Shown here one piece after another: positions 1-10,032 of a stretch of 64,000 bases of DNA (position 1 is its first letter; each line of letters opens with the position of its first letter). The notes below the pieces were generated by a model. It ran no database searches. It had not been told where the DNA came from and was given only the letters and a program-made list of their open reading frames with translations. Source of the stretch: an uncultured Verrucomicrobiae bacterium (GTDB lineage Bacteria; Chlamydiota; Chlamydiia; Chlamydiales; Rhabdochlamydiaceae); contig CAVWWT010000004.1 of assembly GCA_963758735.1 (NCBI GenBank), positions 166,579 through 230,578 on the forward strand, written 5' to 3'. A program made the position numbers and the translations under genes.

Positions 1-1045
1 GGGCCGGATCATAAGAGGTAGAGACGTTGAAGTTGACTGTTTCATCTTTGCTGTGGCGCAAGATATCGAGAAAATAGACAGGGTTAAAGGCAATTTCCAG
101 TTTTTCTCCGGCATAATTGACCGGCATGTTGACTTTCCCTTCTCCGATTTCACCGGAAGTTGCAGAAAGATGGAGAGCCCCTGTCGTGAAAGAGAATTTC
201 ACGGAACTGCTGCTATCGGCGGTAAAAAGAGAAACCTGGCGGAGCAGGGACATCAATTCTTCACGGTGCAGAGCGATCGCTTGCTCTTTTTTCTCAGGGA
301 TGACACGGCTGACATCGGGAAATTCTCCTGAGAGCAGTTTGCTGATCAGGGTCGTCGATTTGAGCTCGAGCGCGATCTTATCTGCCATGAGTGTGATTGT
401 AGCGGACTCTTCTTCCTTAGTATCTAGGAGTCTGACCATCTCATCGACAGCTTTTAGCGGGACGATAGAAGAGTTGTTAAACTCGGAAGGAAGGTCAACC
501 GAGGAGTGCGTTTTTGCAAGGCGTTTTCCATCGGTTGCTATGAATGTCGCAATCTGATTTGCATTTTGAAGGAGAACACCGTTGATTACCTGGCGATTAT
601 CGTCACGGGCCGCTGCGAAGGCGGATTTTGTGAGCAGTTCTTTAAGAGGGGCCGCAGCAATTGAAAATTGCGTCCCTTCGGAGAGGTCTGGCAAAGAGGG
701 GAATTCGCTTTTGTGCATGCCGTGGATTTTGAAGTGGGAAGTGCCTGCGTTGATGGTTGCAATCTCGGGAGAGAGAGTGTGGATCTCAACTTGGGGCGCA
801 GTGAGTTCGCGAACGAGCTGGAAAAATTTTTTCGCAGGAAGGGCGATCGATCCTTCTTCCTGAACTTTGGCCGGGGCATAGACGCGCATGCTGACCATGA
901 GATCTGTAGCGCTGACGATGAGCTGGTCATCGATGGCTTCAATCAGGACATTTGCAAGGATGGGGATTGCGGGCTTGGAGGGAACGACGTTTTGAATTTT
1001 GCCGATAAGGGCGACGAGCTCTGCTCGTGAGATAATAAATTTCAT
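1..1045 (-). CDS. dnaN: DNA polymerase III beta sliding clamp (3' end runs off the window)
   Basis: Missing from the ORF track. Manual translation from ATG 1045 gives MKFIISRAELVALIGKIQNVVP...SATDL...ATDGKRLA...KLLSGEFPDVSRVIP...AFNPVYFLDILRHSKDE. Confidence 0.95.
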   Translation of the reverse strand, partial: MKFIISRAELVALIGKIQNVVPSKPAIPILANVLIEAIDDQLIVSATDLMVSMRVYAPAKVQEEGSIALPAKKFFQLVRELTAPQVEIHTLSPEIATINAGTSHFKIHGMHKSEFPSLPDLSEGTQFSIAAAPLKELLTKSAFAAARDDNRQVINGVLLQNANQIATFIATDGKRLAKTHSSVDLPSEFNNSSIVPLKAVDEMVRLLDTKEEESATITLMADKIALELKSTTLISKLLSGEFPDVSRVIPEKKEQAIALHREELMSLLRQVSLFTADSSSSVKFSFTTGALHLSATSGEIGEGKVNMPVNYAGEKLEIAFNPVYFLDILRHSKDETVNFNVSTSYDPA

Positions 1046-1123
1046 GGGATCTAAGCCTCCGAATTTTGTCGTTTTAGAATTACACAATACGAGAGTAGAA
1101 TTCAAGGATCAAGAGAGATCTGC

Positions 1124-1154
1124 TATACCCAAGTTGTCTCAAAATTTGGGTATA
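1124..1154. repeat. Short TATA-bounded palindrome (ERIC-like ends TATACCC...GGGTATA)
   Basis: TATACCCAA-N13-TTGGGTATA. Related copies at 1238-1260, 40477-40502, 46666-46697 and the arms of 40564-40730. Confidence 0.8.
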
Positions 1155-1189
1155 CAGGTTAACAAGAACGCAACTCGTGCAGTGAGCAT

Positions 1190-1241
1190 TATAGAGTGAT
1201 TCCGGTCCTAATAGGTGCCATTGAACCGGAACCACTTTATA
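1190..1241. repeat. TATA-bounded palindromic repeat family B, copy 1
   Basis: TATAGAGTGATTCCGGTCCTAATAGGTGCCATTGAACCGGAACCACTTTATA aligns with 14850-14897. Confidence 0.8.
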
Positions 1242-1260
1242 CCCAAGAAACCTCAAAATT

Positions 1261-3624
1261 TTATTCAACTAGGGTAACCTTCTGACAAGAGGTTACAGGA
1301 GTAATGGTCCCGGTCTCCATCAATTGGCCAGCGTTACCTGTGGACGTCTGAAAATTAAATGTGCCTGCTGTCTGCTGCAGCAAATAGGAGTTTGGGAACA
1401 GATTAGTGGTATTGGAATTCAGACTTAAGCAGGTGGTCCCTGTACCTGTTTGCGAGACATTGACGGCGTTGCCTGCAAATCCCTGGAATGTGTTCGCACT
1501 GATGTTCAGCCTAAGATTGCTTGAGCCGGTGTTGACAGCCCTTATTCCATCTATACTTTGAACGCTAAAAGAGTTGTTTTTTACATTGAAGGAGGATGGT
1601 AGAGCGGTTGCTGTATTGGCTATAGAAACGCCATACGTGCCACCAACAAATGTGTTATTAGAAACTTCTAAGGAGGAAAAATTGCCTGAAGCTGAAGCGC
1701 TAAGGGTCAACCCCGCTTTTGTACCAGTAGTAGTGAATGTATTATTCGTGATACTGCCGGTCAGTGTCGACGTGCCAAAGACGTCCAGATAAACCTGCTG
1801 ACCCCCCGAATTAAAGGAGTTGCGGCTGATAGTGGTTGTCATGGTAGAGGCCCCATCCAGGAAGGCGGAAAATGGAACTTCAATCACGTTGAAGGAATTA
1901 TCGATTAAAGCGAAGCCGAAGGTGGTTCCATTTGATTCAATATATACCGGATAGTATGGGGAATCTATTTGGTTGTTTGAAACGATGAATGTATGGGCAA
2001 CATTAGGCGTTGTATTTGAACAACCGATTCCCAGACCGTATTCTCCGCTCCCAATCATGTTGTTGCCTGAAAAAAGGAAAGTGTTGTTTGATCCCTCAAC
2101 GTAGTTTACGAACATAACGTAGTCGCTTGCTCCACCATTATTATCGAGTAAATTATTTTTCAAGGAATAAGTCGCATTGGATACAGGCAAAGTATTATTG
2201 ATATACACGCAATAGTTTTCGTTCATGATCGTATTGTTAGACAGGCTCGCTGTCCCGGTGACATTATCCCATTCAACACCATTGTATGGGCTAGCCCCGG
2301 AGCCCTGAATGAAGTTTCGAGTTGCAGCCGTATTGTTCACGGCATTGCCATAAATCCCATGGCCGTTCAGGTTCTGAATATAAAGGCCTGACACCAAATT
2401 ATCATTTGCGAGCGTCACAACATTACCGCTTGAATTCGTCAGCAGGGGAAGGTTTCCTGAAGCTTGGGGGGAGATAGTGATCGTCCCCGCTGTCGTCCCC
2501 AGCCGATGGCTTGTCGTTGCGCCCAGCAACCTCTGCCCGTTTTGCAGCGTGATTCCGCTAGACATCCCCGTACTCGTCGAATCTCCCGGGAAGACGTAGA
2601 TGATATCCCCAGGCCCAGAAGCATTTTGCGCAGCGAGCAGAGTGTTAAACGGAGATTTAAAGGTTCCCGCAGAGTGGCTGGTGTTGTCGACAAACCAGAA
2701 TACGTAAGGGTCGTTAGTACTTGGATTAATAGCAACCGAATGCCTGCGGTGTTTATTGAGGACGATGATCTCATCCCGGATGACGGGTTGGATCATTCTC
2801 ATGTCGAGTTTTTCTGCAGCGTAGCAAGTGGTTTGGCAGTGTCTATTTTTGGCCTTCACCACAGTTCTGGGGCCAAAGGGAAGACTGAAGAAGATCTGTC
2901 CCTGACCGATGCCGTGGAACACATTGTCATAAGATCCGCTCACTTCAAGGCCGATGTATTCTTTCCACATGCCAAAAACGCGCGCTTTGCCGCCCCAGGC
3001 ATGAGGTCCGATCTGTCCATCAAAATAATAGGGTCCCGCACCTGCAAAAAAGTTGAAGTCGCGGGTGCTAAAGTGAGCTCCTGCCTCTGCATCGGCGCCT
3101 TTCATCGTAAACTCATATTTTCGGCTCAGGATCAAGCTGTTTCCTTTAAAGTGACTAAAACGGGTGTGGTAGGGATGGCTGATTTTATCACCTACAGGCA
3201 AATACCCATTGATGCGGAAATCCCATCTCACCCCTAAAGATTCCAACCCTAAACCAACCTGGTTGTATGCTTTTCTGTCATTGCGATAATCATAGTAGGC
3301 ATTGATTCCATAGGCCCTGCAACCCCATCTCCACCTTGCTCCGAGACCTGCATTTGCTGCGAATTTCGCATTGTTGAAGACATGGCCGCGAAGATCCAGA
3401 AAAGGCAGGAAAGACATGCGCTCCTGATCGGGTGCGAAAAAGGCTTCGAGGGTCGTGTATCCTTGATGGTAACCAACTCCTTTGCCTTCAATATGGCGTG
3501 CAGAGACGCGCATGTGTTTCGGGCCCGTGCCGCATGATGGCGACTTTTGCGAGTCCGCATAGCCAATTGAAGTAAAGCAAACCAGTGACAGAAAGAGCGA
3601 CATTTTGAATGATGCCTTGGACAT
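1261..3624 (-). CDS. Inverse autotransporter-like protein: signal peptide, N-terminal beta-barrel, Asn/Thr/Gly-rich right-handed beta-helix passenger
   Basis: Signal peptide, then FLDLRGH..ANAGLGAR..YGINAYYDYR..QVGLGLE..WDFRINGYLPVG (intimin/invasin-type barrel). FVDN..GTFKSPFNTLLAAQNASGPGDIIYV opens the beta-helix. Confidence 0.8.
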   Translation of the reverse strand: MSKASFKMSLFLSLVCFTSIGYADSQKSPSCGTGPKHMRVSARHIEGKGVGYHQGYTTLEAFFAPDQERMSFLPFLDLRGHVFNNAKFAANAGLGARWRWGCRAYGINAYYDYRNDRKAYNQVGLGLESLGVRWDFRINGYLPVGDKISHPYHTRFSHFKGNSLILSRKYEFTMKGADAEAGAHFSTRDFNFFAGAGPYYFDGQIGPHAWGGKARVFGMWKEYIGLEVSGSYDNVFHGIGQGQIFFSLPFGPRTVVKAKNRHCQTTCYAAEKLDMRMIQPVIRDEIIVLNKHRRHSVAINPSTNDPYVFWFVDNTSHSAGTFKSPFNTLLAAQNASGPGDIIYVFPGDSTSTGMSSGITLQNGQRLLGATTSHRLGTTAGTITISPQASGNLPLLTNSSGNVVTLANDNLVSGLYIQNLNGHGIYGNAVNNTAATRNFIQGSGASPYNGVEWDNVTGTASLSNNTIMNENYCVYINNTLPVSNATYSLKNNLLDNNGGASDYVMFVNYVEGSNNTFLFSGNNMIGSGEYGLGIGCSNTTPNVAHTFIVSNNQIDSPYYPVYIESNGTTFGFALIDNSFNVIEVPFSAFLDGASTMTTTISRNSFNSGGQQVYLDVFGTSTLTGSITNNTFTTTGTKAGLTLSASASGNFSSLEVSNNTFVGGTYGVSIANTATALPSSFNVKNNSFSVQSIDGIRAVNTGSSNLRLNISANTFQGFAGNAVNVSQTGTGTTCLSLNSNTTNLFPNSYLLQQTAGTFNFQTSTGNAGQLMETGTITPVTSCQKVTLVE

Positions 3625-3779
3625 GAGCGACCTCTTTTTTTGTGTAAAATAGTAAGTGATAATACTTTTTTATTTTTGAGGCAAGGAAAGTTTTTTTTGA
3701 ATTAGAAGCGGTAAGTTGGACCCAAAACTTGGCCGAAAGGCAAGATTGAAAACTGCCGAAAATGGATTACGGCTAATAC

Positions 3780-4247
3780 CTAAGACTGGTTCTTCATCGC
3801 GCGATCGATGTCGCGCTTTTGCTCTCTTTCTTTAAGGGCTGAGCGCTTGTCGTAGGTGCGTTTGCCTTTAGCGACTGCAACCTTTACTTTGACGTAGCCG
3901 TTTTTTAGATACATCCCGAGAGGAATCAGGGTGAGCCCTTTTTCCTGAGAGAGGGATTTAAGTTTTAGGATTTCTCTTTTATGCAAGAGAAGCTTGCGCT
4001 CACGGCGATCTTCATGGTTATGGATACTGCCGAATTTATAGGGAGCAATGGAGGCATTTTTAAGAAGGACATCGCCGGAATCTGTGACGAGTACATAGGC
4101 GTCTTGGAGGCTTCCGCCATGGTTGCGAAGAGACTTAATCTCTGTGCCAAGCAAGGCGATCCCAGCTTCGTAAGTGTCGAGGATTTCGTAATCGTGGGTA
4201 GCCCTGCGGTTCGAGACTAGATCAGAGTCGCTTTTCTTTTTTGACAT
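3780..4247 (-). CDS. smpB: SsrA-binding protein
   Basis: NRRATHDYEILDTYEAGIALLGTEIKSLR..RKLLLHKREI..GKRTYDKR. Start set at ATG 4247. Confidence 0.97.
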   Translation of the reverse strand: MSKKKSDSDLVSNRRATHDYEILDTYEAGIALLGTEIKSLRNHGGSLQDAYVLVTDSGDVLLKNASIAPYKFGSIHNHEDRRERKLLLHKREILKLKSLSQEKGLTLIPLGMYLKNGYVKVKVAVAKGKRTYDKRSALKEREQKRDIDRAMKNQS

Positions 4248-4252
4248 AGCAT

Positions 4253-5689
4253 TTATCTGCCGAAGAGGGATTGTCCAAAGGGTGTGACGCAAAAAACGTC
4301 TTTGCCGTCGAGCTTTCCAACAGCTGTCACGCCAATTTCAAACAGCCACTCTAGTACAGTTGCTTTTATCAAGGCAAGCTCTTCTTCACTGTAGGTGGGC
4401 AAGGTGTATTTCCAAGTCTTGCCCTGGCGCTTCAACATGATGATGGAGTCTTCTCCTAAAGGAGCAATGACACCTTTGAGAAAATCGTCGAAATAGACCC
4501 ATCCGGAATTTAGAACGCGGAGGATGCTCTTTTCAGCTTCGCGCAGGTTTCGGTCAGTGATGATATCTGCCGGGATTTCAGGAGAAATGAGGCGATTTAA
4601 TGGATGGCGGTAGAGGAAAAGGGCTCTGTTTTCCAGGCGCATATCGAGAAAATCATTGGCGCTCTCCAGTGCATATAACCTATCATCGACGACATCGGCA
4701 AGTTTGAGTTGACGCAACTTAGAGATCAATTCATGAACGTGACCCGAAAACGCAGGATCGTTTTCGTCAAAGTCTTCCATTTTTGAAGCAAGAGCTGTCA
4801 TGATGGATTTTTGAGGAAGCGACCTTTTATTCTTGTCTACCGTTAGAGAAAAAGGGGATTTCTTCGCCAGGTTTAAGACGAGGCTTAAATCCTGGATATA
4901 AGCAAAATCCTGCGAGCGCCTCCTCTTAATTTTGCTGGTGTTGGAAATGGAGTGGGCTTCTGTACTATGGAGGAAAATCGCGTACTCGCGCCATTCATGC
5001 AAAGGAGTAACGATCTCTTTCCATTCTTCACCTACTTTCTCGTACCCGAGACAGCACGCAAAATGGAACTCGAGCTGAAGCATGTAGTATTCGAATTGCT
5101 CATGCGATATCTTGTATTTTTTGATCAGGTCCTGTCCGTAGACTTTGAGATCGGGAGATTGATAAACATCATCGATGATCCCGGTAAGGATAGGATCAGA
5201 GAAGTTAAGCTCCATGAGATAGCGCTGGAAGATTTGCGGTGTGAAGAGGTACTTTTCTATGAGGGAATCAAAGATGTTGTTCGAAGTTCTTGGGATCGAA
5301 TACCAGATCGGAAGAACGTGGATGGGGACCTTGCGCAAAAAGCTTTGCAGGAACTCCATTCCGGGTTTGAAATCTGGATCGAACTTCAAAGTTTGAGCTT
5401 CGAAATATTTTCGCATCTCTTTATCGACAACAATCGAATCGTCGTCAAATACAAAGAGTCCCGTTTTACTAATTTTTTCAAGAATTGGCAAAATCTCATT
5501 TTCGTCGAGATCAATGCTTTTTGCAAGTTTGCGAATGGGGATTTTTATAGAACTAAATAAAATTTCCTCTAATACATTGATGTCTGTAGGAGTGAATTGG
5601 GCCATTGCCAGGCGATTTTCTATATCCTGCTTATAGTTATAGTCTTCTAGTGTGATTTTATTCTTTCTGAGAGAATTTATCTCGCCCAT
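4253..5689 (-). CDS. Hypothetical protein, possible N-terminal winged helix
   Basis: 478-aa ORF ending 5 nt before smpB. N-terminal VLEEILFSSIKIPIRKLAKSIDLDENEILPILEKI is HTH-like. Confidence 0.75.
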   Translation of the reverse strand: MGEINSLRKNKITLEDYNYKQDIENRLAMAQFTPTDINVLEEILFSSIKIPIRKLAKSIDLDENEILPILEKISKTGLFVFDDDSIVVDKEMRKYFEAQTLKFDPDFKPGMEFLQSFLRKVPIHVLPIWYSIPRTSNNIFDSLIEKYLFTPQIFQRYLMELNFSDPILTGIIDDVYQSPDLKVYGQDLIKKYKISHEQFEYYMLQLEFHFACCLGYEKVGEEWKEIVTPLHEWREYAIFLHSTEAHSISNTSKIKRRRSQDFAYIQDLSLVLNLAKKSPFSLTVDKNKRSLPQKSIMTALASKMEDFDENDPAFSGHVHELISKLRQLKLADVVDDRLYALESANDFLDMRLENRALFLYRHPLNRLISPEIPADIITDRNLREAEKSILRVLNSGWVYFDDFLKGVIAPLGEDSIIMLKRQGKTWKYTLPTYSEEELALIKATVLEWLFEIGVTAVGKLDGKDVFCVTPFGQSLFGR

Positions 5690-5875
5690 GCTTTAAAACC
5701 TTAAAAAATGCAAAAACAACTCTTGATTACGTATGAGAATAGCTGCTTCTGCGATTTGTGACAAGGAGGCATTTTCAAAATGGTATTTAAAACTTTAAAT
5801 ATTCAGTTGCGCTTATCTAAATACGCTGCTGGACAAAAGAAAAGGGAATGAGGTAGAATTTTTTTCTCTAATACA

Positions 5876-5986
5876 TGAACCTATCCGCAAAGTCTAGGCT
5901 GTGGATTTTTTCGCTTAGTTAAGTAGGGCAAGAACGGAGCGGAAAAGACGCAAAAAGCCATTGCCTAGACTTTGCGGATAGGTTCA
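5876..5986. repeat. 24-bp perfect inverted repeat around a 63-bp spacer upstream of leuS (MITE-like)
   Basis: TGAACCTATCCGCAAAGTCTAGGC (5876-5899) and its exact reverse complement (5963-5986). Confidence 0.85.
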
Positions 5987-6020
5987 ACGTAATAACTAAC
6001 TTGGAATATTGTTTAAAATT

Positions 6021-8600
6021 ATGGAAAAACAGAAATACGATCATCAGCGCATCGAACAAAAATGGCAGAGAATCTGGGAAGATAGAGAGCTGTTCAAAGC
6101 AGTCGCAGACCCTTCGCGCCCCAAGTATTACATTCTGGACATGTTTCCTTATCCTTCTGGTGCGGGTCTTCATGTAGGACATGTCACAGGTTACACTGCC
6201 ACAGACATTCTCGCCCGTTACAAAAGACAAAAAGGTTTCAATGTTTTACATCCCATGGGATGGGATAGTTTCGGCCTGCCGGCAGAGCAATATGCCATCC
6301 GAACGGGAACGCATCCAGCAATAACTACTGAAAAAAACATCAGCACCTATCGCAGGCAGCTTAAATCTTTAGGATTCAGCTATGACTGGAGCCGGGAAAT
6401 TGCAACTTCTGATCCCAAATACTATAAATGGACGCAGTGGATCTTCACAAAGCTCTATGAAAAGGGGATGGCGTATGAGGCAGAAGTTTTGGTCAACTAT
6501 TGCCCTGCCCTTGGAACTGTGCTCGCCAATGAAGAAGTTGAAGATGGCAAATCGAAAGAAGGGGGATATCCCGTCGAGCGAAGACCTCTTCGCCAATGGA
6601 TTTTGAGGATCACGGCTTATGCCGATAGGCTTCTTGAAGACCTCGACCTGATCGACTGGCCGGACCACTTGAAAAAATTGCAGACAAATTGGATTGGACG
6701 CAGCGAAGGCGCAAAAATCCATTTTACCGAAAATTCCACGAAAAAAAGCTTTTCCGTTTTCACTACATGTCCCAACACCTTATTCGGGGTGACATATGTT
6801 GTGCTAGCGCCTGAACATCCTTTGATCTCAGAGATCACTAGTCCTGAGCAGAAAGAAGAAGTAGAATCTTACAGGAAAAAAGTCGCTTCGAAAAGTGATA
6901 TGGAGCGAACCGATTTGAGCAAAGAGAAAACAGGTGTCTGGACCGGAGCGTATGCCAAAAATCCTGTTAATGACAAATTGATCCCCATTTGGGTTGCCGA
7001 CTATGTGCTAATTGGGTACGGAACCGGCGCTGTGATGGGCGTCCCTGCTCACGATGAGCGCGATTTTGCGTTTGCCAAAAAATTTGATCTAGAGATTATC
7101 CCGGTAATTTCTCCGGATGTAGAAGCGCATCCGGACAAGATTCCAGACGGACTAAAGGCTGAAGACATCAAAATTGAAGTCTTAAGCGGGAACCGTTGCT
7201 GGGTAGAGAGCGGATTTGCGATTAACAGCTCTCATGGGACATGTTCTATCGACGGTCAGAAAGTTGAAGATGCGAAAAAAAACATTGTTTCCTGGCTTGA
7301 AAACCAAAAAGCCGGAGAGCGCACAGTGAATTACAAACTTAGAGATTGGCTATTCTCCAGACAGCGCTATTGGGGAGAGCCGTTCCCAATTCTTCATTTT
7401 GAAGACGGTTCCAAGCGCGTTCTCGATATCGATGAACTGCCTCTTTGCCCGCCGGAGCTTTCCGATTTCAAACCGTCGGGATCAGGAGATAGCCCTCTTG
7501 CCAAAGTTAAGGACTGGGTGGAAATCATCGACCTTAAAACTGGAAAGAGCGCAAAACGGGAAACAAACACGATGCCGCAATGGGCAGGGTCCTGCTGGTA
7601 CTATTTGCGTTTTTGCGATCCCTTTAATGAAAAAGAAGCCTGGAATAAGGATGTAGAGAGCTATTGGATGCCGGTCGACATGTATGTGGGCGGTGTAGAG
7701 CATGCCGTTCTCCATCTTCTTTACGCCAGATTCTGGCACAAGGTGCTTTTTGACTGCGGATTTGTAAGTACGCTTGAGCCTTTTCAAACCTTGCGCAACC
7801 AAGGGCTTGTCGTTGCAAGATCCTACCAACATCCAAATGGCGGATATGTCCCATCGGAAGAAGTGCAGGAAAAAAACGGAGCATTTTTTCAGATCGGAAC
7901 GGATGAAGAGCTGCGTAGCCAAATTGAAAAGATGTCGAAGTCCAAACTCAATGGAGTGACACCTGATGACATGGTCGAAAATTTCGGCGCAGACTCTTTA
8001 AGAATGTACGAAATGTTCATGGGGCCGTTTGATAAAGAGAAGGTTTGGAACACTGATGCCGTTAGCGGATGCAGACGTTTCTTGAACCGCTTTTATGATC
8101 TCGTCATGTCGGACAAAGTGTGTGATAAAGAGACAGAAGAGGCGCTGAAACTCGGTCATAAGCTCGTCTTTAATGTGGAAAAAGACATCGAAGCGATGCA
8201 GTTTAACACAGCCATTGCCAAGATGATGGAGTTTATCAACGCCTTTTCACCGCTTCCCGAATATCCTAGAAGCGTTCTTAAGATGCTAACACAGGTACTC
8301 TATCCTTTCGCTCCTCACATTGCAGAAGAGGCTTGGGAGCATCTCGGCGAGAAAGAAAGCGTCACTTATGCGCCTTTCCCTACCGTTATCCCGCAGTATC
8401 TTGTCGATGAAACGGTCCTCTATGTCGTTCAAGTCAACGGCAAGGTGAGAGGAAAATGGATGCTGCCCAAAGATAAGCCGGAAGGGGAGTTGCTTGAATT
8501 CATCAAGACACAAGAGAGCATGGTTAAATATCTCACAGGCCCGATCTCGAAGGTTGTCTATGTTCCCAATAAACTTTTGAGCATTGTGTGCGATGTTTAG
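6021..8600 (+). CDS. leuS: Leucine--tRNA ligase
   Basis: MFPYPSGAGLHVGH (HIGH) and KMSKS motifs. Start set at ATG 6021. Confidence 0.98.
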   Translation: MEKQKYDHQRIEQKWQRIWEDRELFKAVADPSRPKYYILDMFPYPSGAGLHVGHVTGYTATDILARYKRQKGFNVLHPMGWDSFGLPAEQYAIRTGTHPAITTEKNISTYRRQLKSLGFSYDWSREIATSDPKYYKWTQWIFTKLYEKGMAYEAEVLVNYCPALGTVLANEEVEDGKSKEGGYPVERRPLRQWILRITAYADRLLEDLDLIDWPDHLKKLQTNWIGRSEGAKIHFTENSTKKSFSVFTTCPNTLFGVTYVVLAPEHPLISEITSPEQKEEVESYRKKVASKSDMERTDLSKEKTGVWTGAYAKNPVNDKLIPIWVADYVLIGYGTGAVMGVPAHDERDFAFAKKFDLEIIPVISPDVEAHPDKIPDGLKAEDIKIEVLSGNRCWVESGFAINSSHGTCSIDGQKVEDAKKNIVSWLENQKAGERTVNYKLRDWLFSRQRYWGEPFPILHFEDGSKRVLDIDELPLCPPELSDFKPSGSGDSPLAKVKDWVEIIDLKTGKSAKRETNTMPQWAGSCWYYLRFCDPFNEKEAWNKDVESYWMPVDMYVGGVEHAVLHLLYARFWHKVLFDCGFVSTLEPFQTLRNQGLVVARSYQHPNGGYVPSEEVQEKNGAFFQIGTDEELRSQIEKMSKSKLNGVTPDDMVENFGADSLRMYEMFMGPFDKEKVWNTDAVSGCRRFLNRFYDLVMSDKVCDKETEEALKLGHKLVFNVEKDIEAMQFNTAIAKMMEFINAFSPLPEYPRSVLKMLTQVLYPFAPHIAEEAWEHLGEKESVTYAPFPTVIPQYLVDETVLYVVQVNGKVRGKWMLPKDKPEGELLEFIKTQESMVKYLTGPISKVVYVPNKLLSIVCDV

Positions 8601-9867
8601 TCTCTTTTACAATCTTCTTTTGTTTGTCCTAGCGATCATTACGCTTCCAAAATTGCTATGGCAATGGTTTGTTTTAGGAAAGTATCGCGAATCCCTAAGT
8701 CAGCGCTTAGGGATTCATCTTCCCTCTTTTAATCCTAAAAAAGGACAAGAGGTGATTTGGATCCACGCCGTTTCGATGGGGGAGACAAGGGCGATCATTC
8801 CTCTTTTTCGGATGATCCAAGAATCCCGCCCTGACGCTGCAATTGTCCTCTCAACGACAACAGAGACGGGAAATGCAGAAGCCAAACGGAGCATGCCGGA
8901 TGCGGACGCGCATTTTTTTCTTCCCTTGGATTTTTCCTGGATGGTCCGCAGATTGATGGATCGCATCCGCCCAACCACTTTAATTCTGTGCGAGAGCGAC
9001 TTCTGGTACCATCTCTTGAAGCTATCGAAGGAAAGGGGAGTCAAGGTAGCTCTTGTAAATGGCAAGGTCTCTGAACGCTCTTCTAACAGGTTTAAAAGGT
9101 TTAAGTGTTTTACAACGCGCATTTTCTCCAATTTCGACATCCTTTGCGTGCAGAGCAAGTGCTATCGAGATCGTTTTCTTTCTATGGGAATTCCTCAGGA
9201 AAAACTTTTTGTGACGGGAAACCTCAAATTCGATGCTCCCGCAAAAAAAATGGATCCCAGTGAACTGCAAAAGCTGCGCGCGTCGCTAAAAATCGCTCCC
9301 ACAGATCGCGTCGTGGTCATCGGATCTACCCATGCGCAAGAAGAAGACCTAATGCTTTCTGTCGTAGACCAGGTCCAAAAAAAAATACCCAACATAAAAG
9401 TCCTTATCGTTCCACGCCACCCTGAAAGGTTTGATGAAGTTGCAAAGCTCATCAAAGAGAGGGGATTTGAGATTTCTCGGTTCTCAGAAGGTGTTACGAG
9501 AGAACAACCAATCATTCTTATTGATGCCATGGGCAAGCTTTCCGAGTGCTACCAGATCGCAGATGTTGCCATCGTTTGCGGCAGCTATGTTTCTCATATT
9601 GGAGGGCATAATATTTTTGAGCCCGTCCAGTTCGGAGTACCTGTCTTCTTTGGTCCGCACCTTTACGGGCAGCCCGACCTTAAAGATCTGGTCCTGACTG
9701 CTCAAGCCGGAAAACAGGTGGCAATCGAAGACCTTCCCCAAGCCCTGGTCGCGATCTTAGAAAGTCCACTGATGCATCAGCAGTATGCTGATGCCTGCAA
9801 AACCCTCTCCATTTCCGTCCAGGGAGTGACGGAACGCACCTTCAGATTTATTTTTCCTTCCTACTGA
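8593..9867 (+). CDS. waaA: 3-deoxy-D-manno-octulosonic acid transferase
   Basis: WIHAVSMGE, TTTETG, PLDF, ESDFW, TGNLKFD, GSTH, VPRHPERF, GGHNIFEP. Overlaps the leuS stop. Confidence 0.96.
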   Translation: MFSLFYNLLLFVLAIITLPKLLWQWFVLGKYRESLSQRLGIHLPSFNPKKGQEVIWIHAVSMGETRAIIPLFRMIQESRPDAAIVLSTTTETGNAEAKRSMPDADAHFFLPLDFSWMVRRLMDRIRPTTLILCESDFWYHLLKLSKERGVKVALVNGKVSERSSNRFKRFKCFTTRIFSNFDILCVQSKCYRDRFLSMGIPQEKLFVTGNLKFDAPAKKMDPSELQKLRASLKIAPTDRVVVIGSTHAQEEDLMLSVVDQVQKKIPNIKVLIVPRHPERFDEVAKLIKERGFEISRFSEGVTREQPIILIDAMGKLSECYQIADVAIVCGSYVSHIGGHNIFEPVQFGVPVFFGPHLYGQPDLKDLVLTAQAGKQVAIEDLPQALVAILESPLMHQQYADACKTLSISVQGVTERTFRFIFPSY

Positions 9868-9946
9868 AATAGAGTAATTTCAGAATAATCATTGAGATTA
9901 AATCCCTCTGTATCATAAACTCCTGCTTTCGTTAAAAAACACCTAT

Positions 9947-10019
9947 CGCGGGGTGGAGCAGTGGTTAGCTCGTTGGGCTCATAACCCAAAGGCCGGAGGT
10001 TCGAATCCTTCCCCCGCTA
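9947..10019 (+). tRNA. tRNA-Met(CAT), initiator type
   Basis: Cloverleaf with CAT anticodon, three consecutive G-C pairs in the anticodon stem, C1 mismatch and TTCGAAT T-loop. CCA not encoded. Confidence 0.95.
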
Positions 10020-10032
10020 TTTTTTTCTTTTC

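Noticed and set aside
53-1030. ORF-track frames 53-331, 117-557, 582-863, 586-942 and 668-1030
   Set aside because: Shadow frames of dnaN, which the track missed because it has no stop in the window.
2464-3237. 257-aa plus-strand ORF, and similar long antisense ORFs such as 4952-5560 and 24681-25160
   Set aside because: Antisense to well-supported genes; no motifs or RBS.
5690-6020. T-box riboswitch upstream of leuS (also checked upstream of aroF)
   Set aside because: No GGTGGNACC T-box sequence seen.
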